Source of the DNA: Epiperipatus broadwayi
Taxonomy: Eukaryota > Animalia > Onychophora
Direction: 5' to 3'
Assembly: GCA_028023455.1 (NCBI GenBank)
Contig: JAQFVV010000006.1
Location: 17,546,001 to 17,610,000, forward strand
DNA: 64,000 nt
In this document: positions 12,809 through 25,946 of the stretch, piece by piece
Numbering within the stretch: the first letter of the stretch is position 1
Layout of the letters: the number at the start of each line of letters is the position of its first letter
Program-made: the position numbers and the translations under genes
The notes under the pieces: model-generated
What the model was told of the DNA's origin: nothing
Seen by the model: the letters and a program-made list of their open reading frames with translations, nothing else
Databases searched by the model: none

Positions 12809-12913
12809 GTCAAGCGTTGGTGGCGTGGTCAGCATGCAGTTGCTTTACAAGCAGTTGTCCTGGGTTTGCGAGTTCGCTTCCCTGCCGATGCTTTGACACA
12901 TGAAAAAAAAAAA
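12809..12913 (+). mobile_element. tRNA-derived SINE with A-tail and 14-bp TSD
   Basis: A/B-box-like head TGGTGGCGTGGTCAGC...GAGTTCGCTTCCC and poly(A). TSD AAGCTTTATTGATA at 12795-12808 and 12914-12927. Confidence 0.9.
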
Positions 12914-13499
12914 AAGCTTTATTGATAAACGTCAGCTAAACAAAGCACTTAAAAATCTCTATCTTAAAAACCACTCCATAACCTCAGACCATTGGTTTTA
13001 TGCTTTGGCACTTCTCAGTGAGGCACTATGATAGTTTCAGACACAATTTAAAAATACCAAGCCAAAAGCCAGCATTTATTTAAAAGTTAACTATTAAGTA
13101 GAAATCTGAAATTTTTAGACACCTAAATGTCTTCAAACCCAGCTATCTAACTTAAATAGCTATATGGGGCTGAGAGATCTTCAGCCAAACCATATATTAA
13201 TAGCCTTAGCAAAAAAAAAAAAACAACTATTACTTATCCCCCCCCCTATGTATGATATACTTTAATCAGTGACAGTCTTGTCATTTATGCTTCAAATGAT
13301 AGTTCATGACTCATCTGGTTAAATATTAACTTGAATCATATTCATGGTATTGTTAAAAATCGTTATTGACACCACTATTTAAAAGCATTTAATATTTTAC
13401 TATTCGTTCTCATCAATATATTATAAATTTGTAGATTATATACGATGTCACCATTGCCAAAAAGATATATCTCATGTAAAATCAGATATTTTTTCTCCA

Positions 13500-14480
13500 A
13501 ACCATCAGTTTTGGTTCACTTTTCAAGTACTCCACTATTATCTGTAAAATCATTGGGGTTTTTTTCTATCTTTTCGTCTTAATCCATGTATATAATCTGT
13601 CATCTAGCACATTTAATAATTTCTCTGTCTCCAAATATAAGCACTATGGCGGATATGAATTTAGGCAGGTAATTTATTTCAAGTGGCTTGTATATCCGTT
13701 AAAAGTCTTCTATGTATAATTTGGCGAGATTAGAAACCTTGCTCTAAGCAAAAGAGTGAATGTTCGCGTGATTTGTATTCTCTCTAGGAATGTGAGCTGC
13801 AAAAGGAAAGACTATATTTAAGTGAAATAATTTCAAATGAGCCACATTGAAAAAGTTATCACAGAAATAATTGGCTCTTAATTGATAACCATTTGTAGCG
13901 ATGACACTTTGATTCCTCCATGGCGATTTTTTGTATCACTATCTGATTATTCATTCATCAATAGGAAACATGAGCTGTCTAAATCCATTTTTTTTTCTTT
14001 TATAATTTATTCAATGTATATTTATTTCATTTACTCTTTATATTTATGAACTTGTCATTTTGTTCAAATCTGCATTTCTAAAGCCTCTATTTTTATTTTT
14101 CTACTAAATTGTCCTTGTTCTGCGCTATATAAAAAACATTAAATAAGCTTCTTTTTTTAAAATATAGTTTCATTTGTTCATAGAATAATTTTCTAATCCT
14201 ATTAGAAATCTACTTAGTGACTGCAATTCTTATTCTGTTTTGTGTGTGTGTGTTATATACATTCATTATCAGTTTGTCAAATATTTAAAAGCACTAACCT
14301 GGTAATGTAGCCTTTTCTTTCTTTTTCTGGAGTCCATAGGTTTAATTTTTATTGGCATTTACTTTTAGCCCCAACTCTCTCTACAAGCTTTATCACTCCT
14401 ATTCGTTTTATTTAGCTCATCTTTATTACCTTCAGGCATTGTCAGTATCAAAAAATCTGATGCAATTAATCCATCTATCT
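13500..14480 (-). mobile_element. RTE-like LINE RT remnants
   Basis: Minus strand near 14340-14470 reads FDTDNA...GLKVNANKIKPM (cf. FADD...GLxINxxKTKxM); the remainder is weak. Confidence 0.4.
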
Positions 14481-14679
14481 ATAATGCTAATTATATTCTA
14501 AGCAACATTCATTTGATTCTTTTGTATATCTATCTATCTTTTATATAAGAAGACTTATTTATATAGTGCTATGTTCATAAATTGTATCCTGTCCATCCCT
14601 CTTGTATGTATTTAAATGGAGAGGTCCTATACATAATGAGTCAGAGTGACTTGAGGTCAACATGGGCATGGCAATGATA

Positions 14680-14900
14680 TGGATGGCTGAAAAGTTGGAG
14701 GTTGGAGTAGATTGAAGTCTGTCCATTAAAGTATGAAGATTTGCTATCTTAATATAAACTGGGCACTGATTATATATATATATGAGGGAGATGATAATCT
14801 AGACCAAGTGATGAGTGCTGGTTTAGCATGAAATACGGCTATTGGTAGATTATTTATCTTTTCTACGTGTGTGTGGTCATGTGCATCAGTTGTATGAGAT
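14680..14900 (+). mobile_element. Family B PLE 3' fragment, copy 1
   Basis: Aligns by eye with 27925-28110 and 44960-45170; contains a hammerhead at 14803-14846. Confidence 0.8.
14803..14846 (+). ncRNA. Type-I hammerhead motif, family B (C3 mutated to G)
   Basis: ACCAA-GTGATGA-GTGCTG GTT TAGCAT-GAAA-TACGGC-TA-TTGGT. Stem I is a perfect 5 bp. Confidence 0.7.
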
Positions 14901-14984
14901 AGTGTGGATAGTTGAAGGGTGCTTGAAAATCAGTTCAAATCCCCTATACTTACAATTAAGCTCCAGGTTTGTGAAGAGTGCCTG

Positions 14985-15890
14985 GTTTTCAAATATTTAT
15001 GCTGATGATTGTAGGTTATTTAAAAAATTATTACTTATAATGATCATATTGAGGTCCAAAAGAATATAGATTCTTTTAAAATCTGGGGTAGGTATAACAA
15101 TATATAGATTAATAGTAATAAAATATGGTTTCCTATAGTAATAAAACTGAAAAATCTGTTTATCAGTATAAAATTGAGAATGGTATTATTACATATAAAG
15201 AGATTGTATCTGATTTAGGAATAATATTTTGTAGTAATTTTACTTTTAATGCACATATTAAGTATATTATTAATAAAGCATATAGAAAGATGGATTGTAT
15301 TTTGAGATATGGGAGAGATTTATCTACTTCCATAAAATATAGATTATTTTTTCTCTTAATGTTACACTTTTAGAATATGGTTCTTGTATATGGAATTTGA
15401 TTAATATTCAGTCTAGAATACATAATGTTGAAAAAAGATTCATTAAATTAATAATGGGAGAATGTCAAAATGTTAAAACAGTATTGAAAGAAAGGAGAAT
15501 ATTGAAAGATATGATATTGTTGAAAAAGTTAATTGATGGGAAAATTGATGACAGTGACTGTATATCAAAATAGAATTGAAAGTACTTAGTCATCTATTAA
15601 GAGAAATGCATACTTTCAAGGTTAATAAATGTAAAAATACTTTCTTCAGCAAGTCAGTTATTAATAGATTGCAAAGGGTATATAATCTAACTTTTAACAA
15701 CATTGATATTCTTTGTGATCAGTTTATTATGAATGTTAGAAAACAACTAAACTTATAATTATGAACATATATGTATAATCTTATGTAATTTGTATTTGCT
15801 TATTGTTTTTCTATTATTTTTATTATTATTTATTGTGTATTTCTGTGAAAGTGTAAATGTTGAAATGCACATAATAAATAGATAATAAAT
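14985..15890 (+). mobile_element. CR1/L2-like LINE 3' fragment (RT C-terminus, frameshifted)
   Basis: YADDCRLF, then DLGIIFCSNFTFNAHIKYIINKAY, LEYGSCIWN, and an AATAAAT-type tail. Confidence 0.85.
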
Positions 15891-17384
15891 TGGATTGGAT
15901 TACAAAGAATATTTTATAAGAAGGAAATAATTCTGCTATTAATAGTTTTCCATAACCTATCAAATTCTTATATCAAATATAACAGGTATATTTAAAATGT
16001 TTAATTTAAATTTAGAGGCTTATTTGATTATAAACATTTTAATTCAAAGCAAGTAATTCCGCAATCCAAAAAAAAAAAAATTAAAGCAACCAATTAAAAA
16101 AAACACTGCCTTTGTAAGCTGGGTATATCTGGTAATAAGAATAATAATAAGTGTTTTGTTGTTTGGGAAATCATGTGACATGAATCGAAAGTAATAGAAA
16201 CTTCTCAAGACCACAATTTTCTCACCGCATTATTCCATTCTGGACACTATTAAATAATAATTGTAAAATCCAATCAATCAAAATACGTTGAGTTTAGTCT
16301 GAGTTATAATTATTTATTACAAGACATTGTTTTGTAAATTTGAATTGTGTATTTATTTACTGATATCCTATATTTATTTCACACATTTTGTACATATTTT
16401 TAATAACACTTCATAGTTAATGATTGTGGTTTATATCTTATTTGATATTGTATGTTGATCATTATAGTTTATACATCAATCATAAAAAGTAAAGAAATGA
16501 AGATTTATTAAATATATATCTTTTAAACCTATTTTAAATAAAAATATAATGTAAATGAAATCTTTTCTTTGCATTTAAATATATAGTTAATAACTAATGT
16601 TTTAATATTACTAAATGCTACCCAGTATTTGGTTAACAAAGTGAATGTTTTTTATATATACTAAGATACAGATAATCTTATATAAAAAAAATGATAACTA
16701 TTTTTTTAAAAAAATTGTTATCTTTGTATAATGTAAAGATATGATTTTTGTTTTTAACCATAAAGAATAATTTTATGAAATGTGTATTATAATCTATGTT
16801 TAAATTTAGGAAATGTTATTCAGTTATCAGTAAATATTACCATCACCTAGTTACTTCAACTTGCCTCAGGGCAGAGGCCTTAACATACATACATGAAATA
16901 CATATTATTGTCTTTGTGAGTGCTATTTTTAAGCACTAAGGAAGTTAGTTTTAAAGGTTACTGTTTACTTTTTACTTCTCTTTAAATGTTCTCTCATCTT
17001 CTAAGGAAAGCTTAGAATAAAAAGCTCTTTTTTAAAAATAGCTCTTTTATAAATATTTATCTTTAGGCTATTTTAATGTTGGTCTTTTTCAGACGTTTAG
17101 AAAGTTATTTGAAATCTTCAAAGAAAAATAAATTTCTAATTAAACGGTTTAGTTACAAATTCCTATTCGTAATGTTTTAAGTTTTGAATTCGACACATGT
17201 TAATACAGTATCTGTCTATATGTGAGTCTGCTTGTGGTTGGCGTAATGTACTATCATGTAATATGTATACATTGAAATAAGGAACTATTGTTTTGGAATA
17301 CAGAACTGAATTTTAGATGCTAGAATATACCTTGGGAAGAAGTGGCAAATTGCCATTGGTGATGATCAAGTGCTATATTAATTT

Positions 17385-17550
17385 TTATTAGTCATTCATT
17401 AGACTAGAGATTATTCAATAATGAATAATATTTCTGTAGTATAATTTTCACTACACTTTCATACAAGGTAGGAACTGGGTTCTTTTCACTTTTAATTCAG
17501 TCCCTATCATGTATGAGAGTGATGTAGTGATAATAGATTACAGAAATATT
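17385..17550. repeat. Fold-back element sharing arms with 23030-23297
   Basis: Inverted arms 17426-17464 and 17510-17550. The left flank ATTCATTAGACTAGAGATTAT is shared with about 23039-23059; another arm copy lies at about 24255-24305. Confidence 0.75.
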
Positions 17551-19670
17551 AATCAGGTGCTTTCACTTGAATATAGTACCCATCTGTCTACTTATCCCTG
17601 ACTCATTCATAAATGAATGATTGCTTCTGCTACTGTTTGTAATAATTATTTTAGGTTGTAAACAGAAGGGGTTTATACACTCAAAACACAAGATAGAGAT
17701 AAGACGGCTGCTGATATAGTACTCTAACTTGTGCTTATACTCAGTACTCAACAAGATATCATTAAGCTATTATAATAACATTACAAATGCATGTGCTTAT
17801 CGATGCTCTATTAAGTAAAATTGAATACTATGTGGTTTATTTAACAACTGTTACAAAAAAATAGGTTAAATTTTGAAAATACTGGTAGCCTCTGTTCTCT
17901 TAATTTATTGTTTATTGTGTAAGCTATTTTTATACCAAATGAAATCATCATTTATTTTTTTTATCTTTTTCAATAAAATCTACATCTAATTTGTCATTGA
18001 GTGATCATTAAATATTATTGAAGTATGGGTGGTTTCTTGCTTACTTCAATCTGACATTTAAATCCATTCTTGCATAAAAAATATCTGATGAAAATAAAAG
18101 TTTACAGAAAAAATACAATAGTTAAGATATAACCTTCAAAGTCAAATAATAATTTAATTTAGCAATGTGAAAAGTAGGAGTGGGGTATTTTTTTTTATTA
18201 TTATTTATCAGTAGCAAACTAACTTGACTCCTTTATAGTAATCAAATTTAAAACATATCCTTTAATCATTCATTAGCAGCAAATTAGCTTTATTTTTACA
18301 TTATGTAGATCAAAGTTGAAAAAGAATTTGGGAAAGTAACTTTCAGATGTGTATTGTTTTTAGCATGCCTTTATTCAAACAATTATTTTTCCATAACTAC
18401 AGATTATTAACCAGTTTTTTTAGATTACAGATTATTAGATTTACTTGTTTAAAATGAGCCATTAATTAATTATAGGCAGTTCTTTTTAACTTTTTGTTTA
18501 AAGTTAAATTTTATAAGTCAATTTTCATCTTCATGTGCAAATATGAAAATATATTTCAACAAATGAAAATAAATGAGCACTACAAAATACCCTAAGAGAT
18601 TTTCATATAATTACAGGCAAACAATTTTCAAATGTTTGCACACAAATTGTTTACAAAGCTTATTGCTTACATATACTGTATTGGTGGAAAATAATAGGAA
18701 TAATTATAGGGAGATGGGAAAAAACCTCATCCCCATTTATCACAAATAGAATGAAAATATAAAATAGTTATAACAATTAATATACTATGAGCATTAAAAA
18801 AAGAATAATTAACTCATCGACAGTCATTCCTTGTGACTGGGTGTAAAAAAAAATTCATTATATTCAGACTAATTATCTAGCCACTGCTAATCTTAGAACA
18901 TGATATAACAATCATCTGAATTCACATGTTGTAGGGAGCTTGAAAGTCTGAATTTAAATCTCTTCTAGTACATTAAGTTCAGTATAGACAATATACTTGT
19001 ATTTAAATATAACATCATTCATAATAAAAAATGTTGGGTTACTGATATGCTGATCATCATTAATGCTCTGACTGATATACCATTAGGGTACTAACCAACT
19101 ATAAACTAAGTTTCTAATAAAATAAATAAAATGCAATGAATGGACTTTGTGATATTTATGCCATCCAGGGTTATTATGTGGGTATCCAAACTCAAACATA
19201 AACCCTGACCTACAAATAACTTGAACTATTATTGCTCTCTAGAGCTAGATTAAGATCACAAGACCCTAAGAACTGTGACTGTGAACAAGAGAAAGTAAAA
19301 ATTTATAAGCTACTATAATTGAATAGCTTTACTGGTATAATTTCAAAATATATAAAACTGCTATAATGAAGTTTAGTCATTCACTCTGCCCAGTCATGGA
19401 ACAGATAGCTGGAAGAATAAAGACATTAAAATGTATTTTTAACAATTATTTAGTAAACTACCTGATTAAAAATTAAAAATGGCATGATAATATGATTATT
19501 CAATCTTAAATACATTTTATCAAAGAATATAATTTTTATAGCAAATCTGATTAACCAGTTGGCTTTTATTCAGTAATTTAATCAACTTGTACTGTCATTG
19601 AGTTATTTCCTCCTCAGTGTCTAAAATTGGAAAACAACTTTTCATAATCAGATGTGGGGATTTTTAATTA

Positions 19671-19920
19671 GCTAGAAACTTTTATAATTTTGGAGAAAAA
19701 ATTGAATTAATACAAAAAAAAAACATGTTTCAAAACAAAATGTTAAAGTAAGAAAATTATTCATTATTACCAATGATTATTTGTATAAAAAAATTTACCT
19801 AACAGAGATAAAAAAAATTAAATTAGCTAAAAAGCTTTTTATAATTTTGGAGAAAAAATAATACAAAGGAAAAAACATGTTTCAAATGAAAATGTTAAAT
19901 TAATGAAAAATATTCATAAT
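19671..19920 (+). repeat. Imperfect local tandem duplication (about 155-bp period)
   Basis: TTTTATAATTTTGGAGAAAAAAT...AAAAACATGTTTCAAA...AAATGTTAAA occurs twice. Confidence 0.8.
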
Positions 19921-22233
19921 GTATTAGCAGTTATTACTTCTATAATTTTTTTCTTTATAAATGTAGATGTAATCTGCACATTAAAATACATGTACCATGG
20001 TTTTGTTTTTCATTTGAGTTCTTTAATAATTTCAATTTTCAGTTTTCTTTCATGATGGCTTTATTGTTAAGTTTAACAATCCTTTTTCTTCTTTTAGGCT
20101 TAAAGAAGTTCTTCATTAACACATTTCTAGAATAATTCACATAGTCAAATTTTTTCAATTTTTGCAATAGAATATTTTCAAGCTTTTACACAGAATGAGT
20201 TTATCCTTTTTTTAAAAGAAAAAATTAATATTTTTTCAGGTCAGACTAAAACAAAGAGACACTCATGCTTTTGCTTGAAAACCAAGCTTGTTGCAGGCTA
20301 CTTCAGGAGTATTTTTCTCATATTTTTTCCAGTGAAGGTTACATGATTAAGTTAGGTTGATGTTCATCTTTCAGCTAAAATTTAGCACGTGGTTTTCTTT
20401 AAACTCATTTTAGGAAACATTTTTTTACTTTCAACTGAACTTCTGCTTTTGTTTTTTTCAACAGCTGAATCAGGGAGACACAGGCCTACTGATTTACCCT
20501 GCCTTCATATTTTTTGGTAGAATCCTGTATCCATCCAATCACATCTCATCTCCAATTTGTCAAAATTTAAACCTGACCAATTGGGTTTATTTTTTTTACA
20601 AAAGGTTATTTCTCTCCTTCAAAATTAAAATTGCAAAACAACATGTCAAAGCCAAAAAACAAATTAAATTCCAATCATAAAAGTATTTCTCTGCAGTTAT
20701 TTTTCTCTTATGGTTAAAATAAGATAATCTGTTAATTAATTTGATTTGGAAAACATTGTCTTTTGTTTTGGAGAGAAATAAAAAAAAAAACTAATTAATT
20801 AAAACAAAATTTAATTGAGTCTTTTTTTCTTTTTAAAAACTTTATTCATTTACTTTTCTTAATTATTATCTTTTCAAAGTTAACATTAATCAAAAAAAAT
20901 TCTGAAAATGGAACAAAAAAATTTATCTTGTTATCTTTTTATTTTGAGCATTAAAACTAGTAAATAATTATTGAAGAGCAAGAGTTTAAAAAATGTTTAC
21001 ATTATTTTATACTTTTCCCCCTCTTTTACAACCATTTATAATACATTAAAATAATGATCATCTTATTATTAAAAAATGTTTGGAACTATCACACCGTCAT
21101 CATCATTTAAGAAAGGTAAACTTTTAAATAAAGTAATGCTTGACATGGGAAAATTAAATCTTACTATTTTCCTATTCTAAGTTTATTTTAATTTAATAAG
21201 GCTTACAATATTTGACATTGCCAGAGGTGATATATATATATATCATGTGTAAAGATTTTCATGGTTAAAGGGTGAAATTATAAAAGTTTTTCAGAAATAT
21301 TACATATTAGTTCTCTGTATGTTGTAAAAATTTCTAGGATCCGTAATGAAAGAATCCTATTGTTTAAAAGTCTTCAAAAAGGTCATTTCATCCACAGAGA
21401 ATATTTCTCCTCAGCTGCTGGGCACCAATATTTTGATCATCTCATTCATGATTGGGGTTTGAGACCTCATCGTTCTGAAATACTATTGTGCCTCAAGTAA
21501 TATTGATAATAAATGTGATTTTTTTAAAGTCATTTTTGGAGAAATTCACTAATCATAGTCCAGAGAAAGCTTTAAAAAGCTTGCAAATTTTCTCTTTTTG
21601 TATTATAGTCAACTGATTTTATAAATCTATTCTGGAAGATGGGGGAGAGAGAAAGAATAATGGATCTTTGCTCTGAAGCTTAAAGTGCAATATTTTCTAG
21701 AGCTTTTATGTGTATTAGTGTATGTTAAGAAATTATTTTTTTTTAATAATGACGATATAAACTTAAAATGTGTATGCATTCCAAGAGAAAGCAAATCTAA
21801 GAGTACATAAAAAGTTCTCTGATTTGTATTCTATCAAATTTGAACAGAATTAAAAAAATTGTAAGGGAACAAAATTGATTTTTCAATTATTAACAAATGA
21901 GAACTTTAATTATAAATGTGCTCGTACCAACACTGTCACTGTTTTTAAAATTATATTTTTCTACAGATTGACTGCTACTTAGCTGGAAGTTTTCAATCCC
22001 AGTCCATTATGATTAAAGATTTTTTTTAGATTTAAAAAAGGTCACTCAGTAATAATGGTGAAATAATGTTAGAAGCATAAAAAATGTCTTCAGTAATGTT
22101 TTATTTAAGTCATCTATTAAAGAATGTTGTTAATCAAAAATTCTTTTAAATGTTTTATGAAAATAAAGTTGTATTACATATTTTGAATTTTTTAATATAT
22201 ATATATTAATTCTAATATTTTCACGGATAAAAG

Positions 22234-22440
22234 ATGTCATATTATTATTACTATTTGCGGGATATTCCGTGTAGTGAAAAAGCTAAATGCTGATGTTTCA
22301 GTACAATATCAAGTACCTTCCTCAGAGGGTCCTCTTTCTCAAATCATAAGAGGACCCTCTGAGGAAGGTACTTGATATTGTACTGAAATGTCAGCATTTA
22401 GCTTTTTCACTACACGCAAATAGTAATAATAATATGACAT
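22234..22440. mobile_element. Near-perfect palindrome with a hammerhead motif in each arm
   Basis: Arms 22234-22336 and 22348-22440, 11-nt loop. Plus copy: CTGAGGA(22359-22365)-A-GGTAC TTGATATT GTACT-GAAAT-GTC(22390-22392). The minus copy reads GAAAC-ATC. Confidence 0.85.
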
Positions 22441-23029
22441 ATATATATATGTATATTATCAAATCATCAAACAATTTAACATTATCTTAAAGTGACATGG
22501 ATTGATATTCACATTTGATACCAACAGTGATATTTGCAACTGTATTACAATCCATAATAAGGATTATAATAAACACAAAAATCTTAATAGTTTGAATATA
22601 CTTCTAACAAGCATATGAATATATCCACTGTACAAATTATAGTCTTTGTATAGTGAACCCTATTATAATTTTATTTGAATTTTTGAATTTCCAATTTTAT
22701 AAAAATTGTGATCAATATTTACAGAGGTAACATAAAATTTCAATTTATAAAAATTTAAATATGTATTATTTAAATAAAATATGCTTCATTACATTTTGGC
22801 AATAAATTAGCTCCTCGAGGGCTTCCCTTTCTGAAGAAGGAAATGGTAAAAATCATACATTTTTATAAGTAAGATTAATAATTAAAATAATCTTACTTTA
22901 TTGGTTTTTAACTTTTTGAAAATATTTTGATAATTTTTGGGGGCTATCTTAATCATTTTTTTATGATAATTGTATTATTATTCAATTAATTTGTTGTCTA
23001 TAATATTTTTGAATAATGTTCACAGATAA

Positions 23030-23297
23030 TTATTAGTTATTCATTAGACTAGAGATTATCTAATAATGAATAATATTTCTGTGTGTAATTTTTGCTATAC
23101 TCTCATGCAAGGCAATCTGATGAGTACTGGTACAGTACAAAATGTGTATCTTGGGGAACATAGATCTTTTTCATATGTTTTGGTCATATATGTTTATGGT
23201 TATATCTCTCCACAAGGTATTAAAAGCAGATAGAAACTATTCCCATGAGAATGGTGTAGTGAAAATTACAGTACAGAAATATTATTCATTATTAGAT
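23030..23297 (+). mobile_element. Fold-back element enclosing a family-B-like hammerhead
   Basis: Arms 23058-23107 and 23244-23297. CTGATGA(23117-23123)-GTACTG GTA CAGTAC-AAAA-TGTGTA-TC-TTGGGG; stem II is a perfect 6 bp. Confidence 0.8.
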
Positions 23298-25442
23298 TGT
23301 ATAATTGTTTTGTTAGTGACAAGGTGGGGCTGATATAGTGATATTTTGTATAATTGATAATTGAAATAATCAATAGTGTGGACAAGCAATATTTCACTGT
23401 ACTTATATATATATATTTACAAAGCTATAACTTATTATATATAAGTATAGTGTTCATTTTTAGACAGGTAGAAGTCAAATTGTATAGTAAAAGCACAATA
23501 GTCAAGAGATATTCAAATAAACTTTTATCTGCTATTCCCAACTGAGTTAATCATTTTATCTAAAACTTTTTATAACATGTATTTACCATCCACACTTTTA
23601 ATAATGTTACATAATATCACATCTTAAAAAAACAAATTCATGGAATTCAAATTCAAAATTGTTATTTATAAATGAATAAATTATTTATCTAATAAAAATA
23701 AAAACACAAGTTATATTATAATTGGCATCTGACTCAAATATTTTACATGGAGAACAAAATAGAACATAAACTCACTAATTTATCTTCATGTTTATTTATA
23801 AAAGGAATGATTAAATTATTTATTTATTCTAACATGAACAGTTTCAAAATAAATAATGATTTATTTACTTTTTACTGTTAAGCAACAGGATTTATTTTTT
23901 ACTATTAAGCAACATAATTATTCACTAGTTTAAACATAATATGTCTAAGACAATATAGTTCCTTAATATCGACTACCATTTGTTTCCAAAACTTTCCATG
24001 GATACCTGATATCGTGGATAATACAGTCCTATATAATATACATGTTAATACGATTTAAATTTTTTAATGAGCACATTTAATTAGACATTATTAAAAATAA
24101 TTGAACAAAAATAAAAATAGACTTAATATTTAAGGAAAGAGTAATAGTAAGAATACAGGAATAAAGCCAGGCATTTAGCTGATTGAGAAATGATTAATGA
24201 TAGGGCTCAAACAAATGGATTTTTCATATGAATTTAATTTTTTCTTTCTTTCAAACTATTAGATAATGAATAATTTTTCTGTAATGTAATTTTCACAACA
24301 CCACTCTCACTCACACACAAACTCTTTGAAAATAGATCAACTTCCGAGAAAACTCATATTGGGTTTCATGAATATGTATAAATAAATAATTGTTAATATG
24401 AGTGATATAAAGAGCTCACTAAATTTACGATATCTAAATATTGAGCTTCTAAAATAAATCGTGTCGAAAAGATTATAAGTAGTAGCAAACTGTCATTGGC
24501 AATAATAGCTTAATGCCTAATTTCTCCAATAGCCTTTAGGCAGTGAACTTAATTCACAATATAAACTACTTATTTTTCTTTGCTGTTGATATTAGTTTTT
24601 TTATTTTATTTATAATTCTTTGTTTAAAAAAGAGAATTAGTTGTTTCTACTATGAGTATTTTTATCACATTATCAAACCCAAGATTAAAATTCCCTAACA
24701 TTTGTCAGTTTTACTTCGTTTTTATTTGAACTAGAAATGAGGAAAACAATGCCAGTTTTAATTATGCTTGTTGAGTAAAATTTACAAATTAAAAGGTGTA
24801 TGCAAAAAGAAATTAAAGAGTGATTAGCAGCATTTCTGGTTAAATAAGATGATTTTTTAAATTATTTTAATCTGATCTGAAAATGTTCCAAATGTTTTTT
24901 TTTTCTAAGATTATAGACATTAACTACTTTGTAGTTTAAAAACCTTGTTTGTTTTTTTACTTATTCTTCATTAAAATCTTGTTTGTTTTTAAGCATTATT
25001 TATTGTATTGTCATTAATGACTGTTACGTTATGGCTTTTATTAGTAATGTAGTCCTATGTGACTTAGTGCAGTGGCAGAATGATATACTTGGACTCAAGA
25101 TTTAAGGCTTGTGTCTCAGTCTCTCATTTCCAGTGCTCAAACTTTTTATTTTTTATCATAGTAGTATTAGAAGTATTTTGTGCTAAGGTACACATCCATA
25201 TGTTTCAAGGAGTGGGAGAAAATAATTGATATGCATACAGGAAAACAATTGTTCCAGAAATAATTAAAAACAATAGTAACTTTCCCCATATAGTTGATGT
25301 GATGAAGTCATTAATCTGTTTGCTTTCACTCACTTTCTCTTTTTATTTGAAACACCCTAGAGTGAACTTTGGTCATATATGCAACATTTTTTTTTTTACA
25401 ATTAAATCTTTATTCTAAATCATATATTGATATTCTTTACAT

Positions 25443-25946
25443 CAGTGGTCTTCAACCTTTTCACACCTGTGGACCGGTAAAAATAATGATAAGGTTTCGC
25501 GGACCAGCAGAAGTCTATACATAAATTTTCTTAAAGATAAGCATAATTGTTACAACTAATCAAAACAACAATGTTAAATATATAAGATAAAGTTTTATAT
25601 ATATATATGGAGTTTGTATAATAAAAAACTTTTTTTAATTTTGAATTTTTTTAGAAAAGTAATAAAAAATTTAATTCTATCCCCTCCCCCATAAACATCT
25701 GAGATAACTAGAAAAACAAATTAATATATGTATGATTGATTAGATTTTGTTTTCGTTCTGTTTTCTTTTTTTTTTTAATTGGGTAAAAATGAGATGAAAA
25801 AATAAATAAAAATTGGTTATATTAATTAAAAGTTTAAACTCTTATTATTTTGTTATTACAAACTTTCCTGCCAGTCTAGCGCATGGCCCAGCAGAAAAGT
25901 TCCATGGCCTGGCGCCGGGCCACAGACCAAGGGTTGAAGACCACTG
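25443..25946. mobile_element. hAT (Charlie-like) non-autonomous MITE, 504 bp
   Basis: 15-bp TIR CAGTGGTCTTCAACC / GGTTGAAGACCACTG and a perfect 8-bp TSD CTTTACAT (25435-25442, 25947-25954). Confidence 0.95.

Noticed and set aside
21340-21480. Acidic minus-strand segment (NDEVSNPNHE*DDQNIGAQQLRRNI) as an exon
   Set aside because: In-frame stops; at most a decayed transposase tail.
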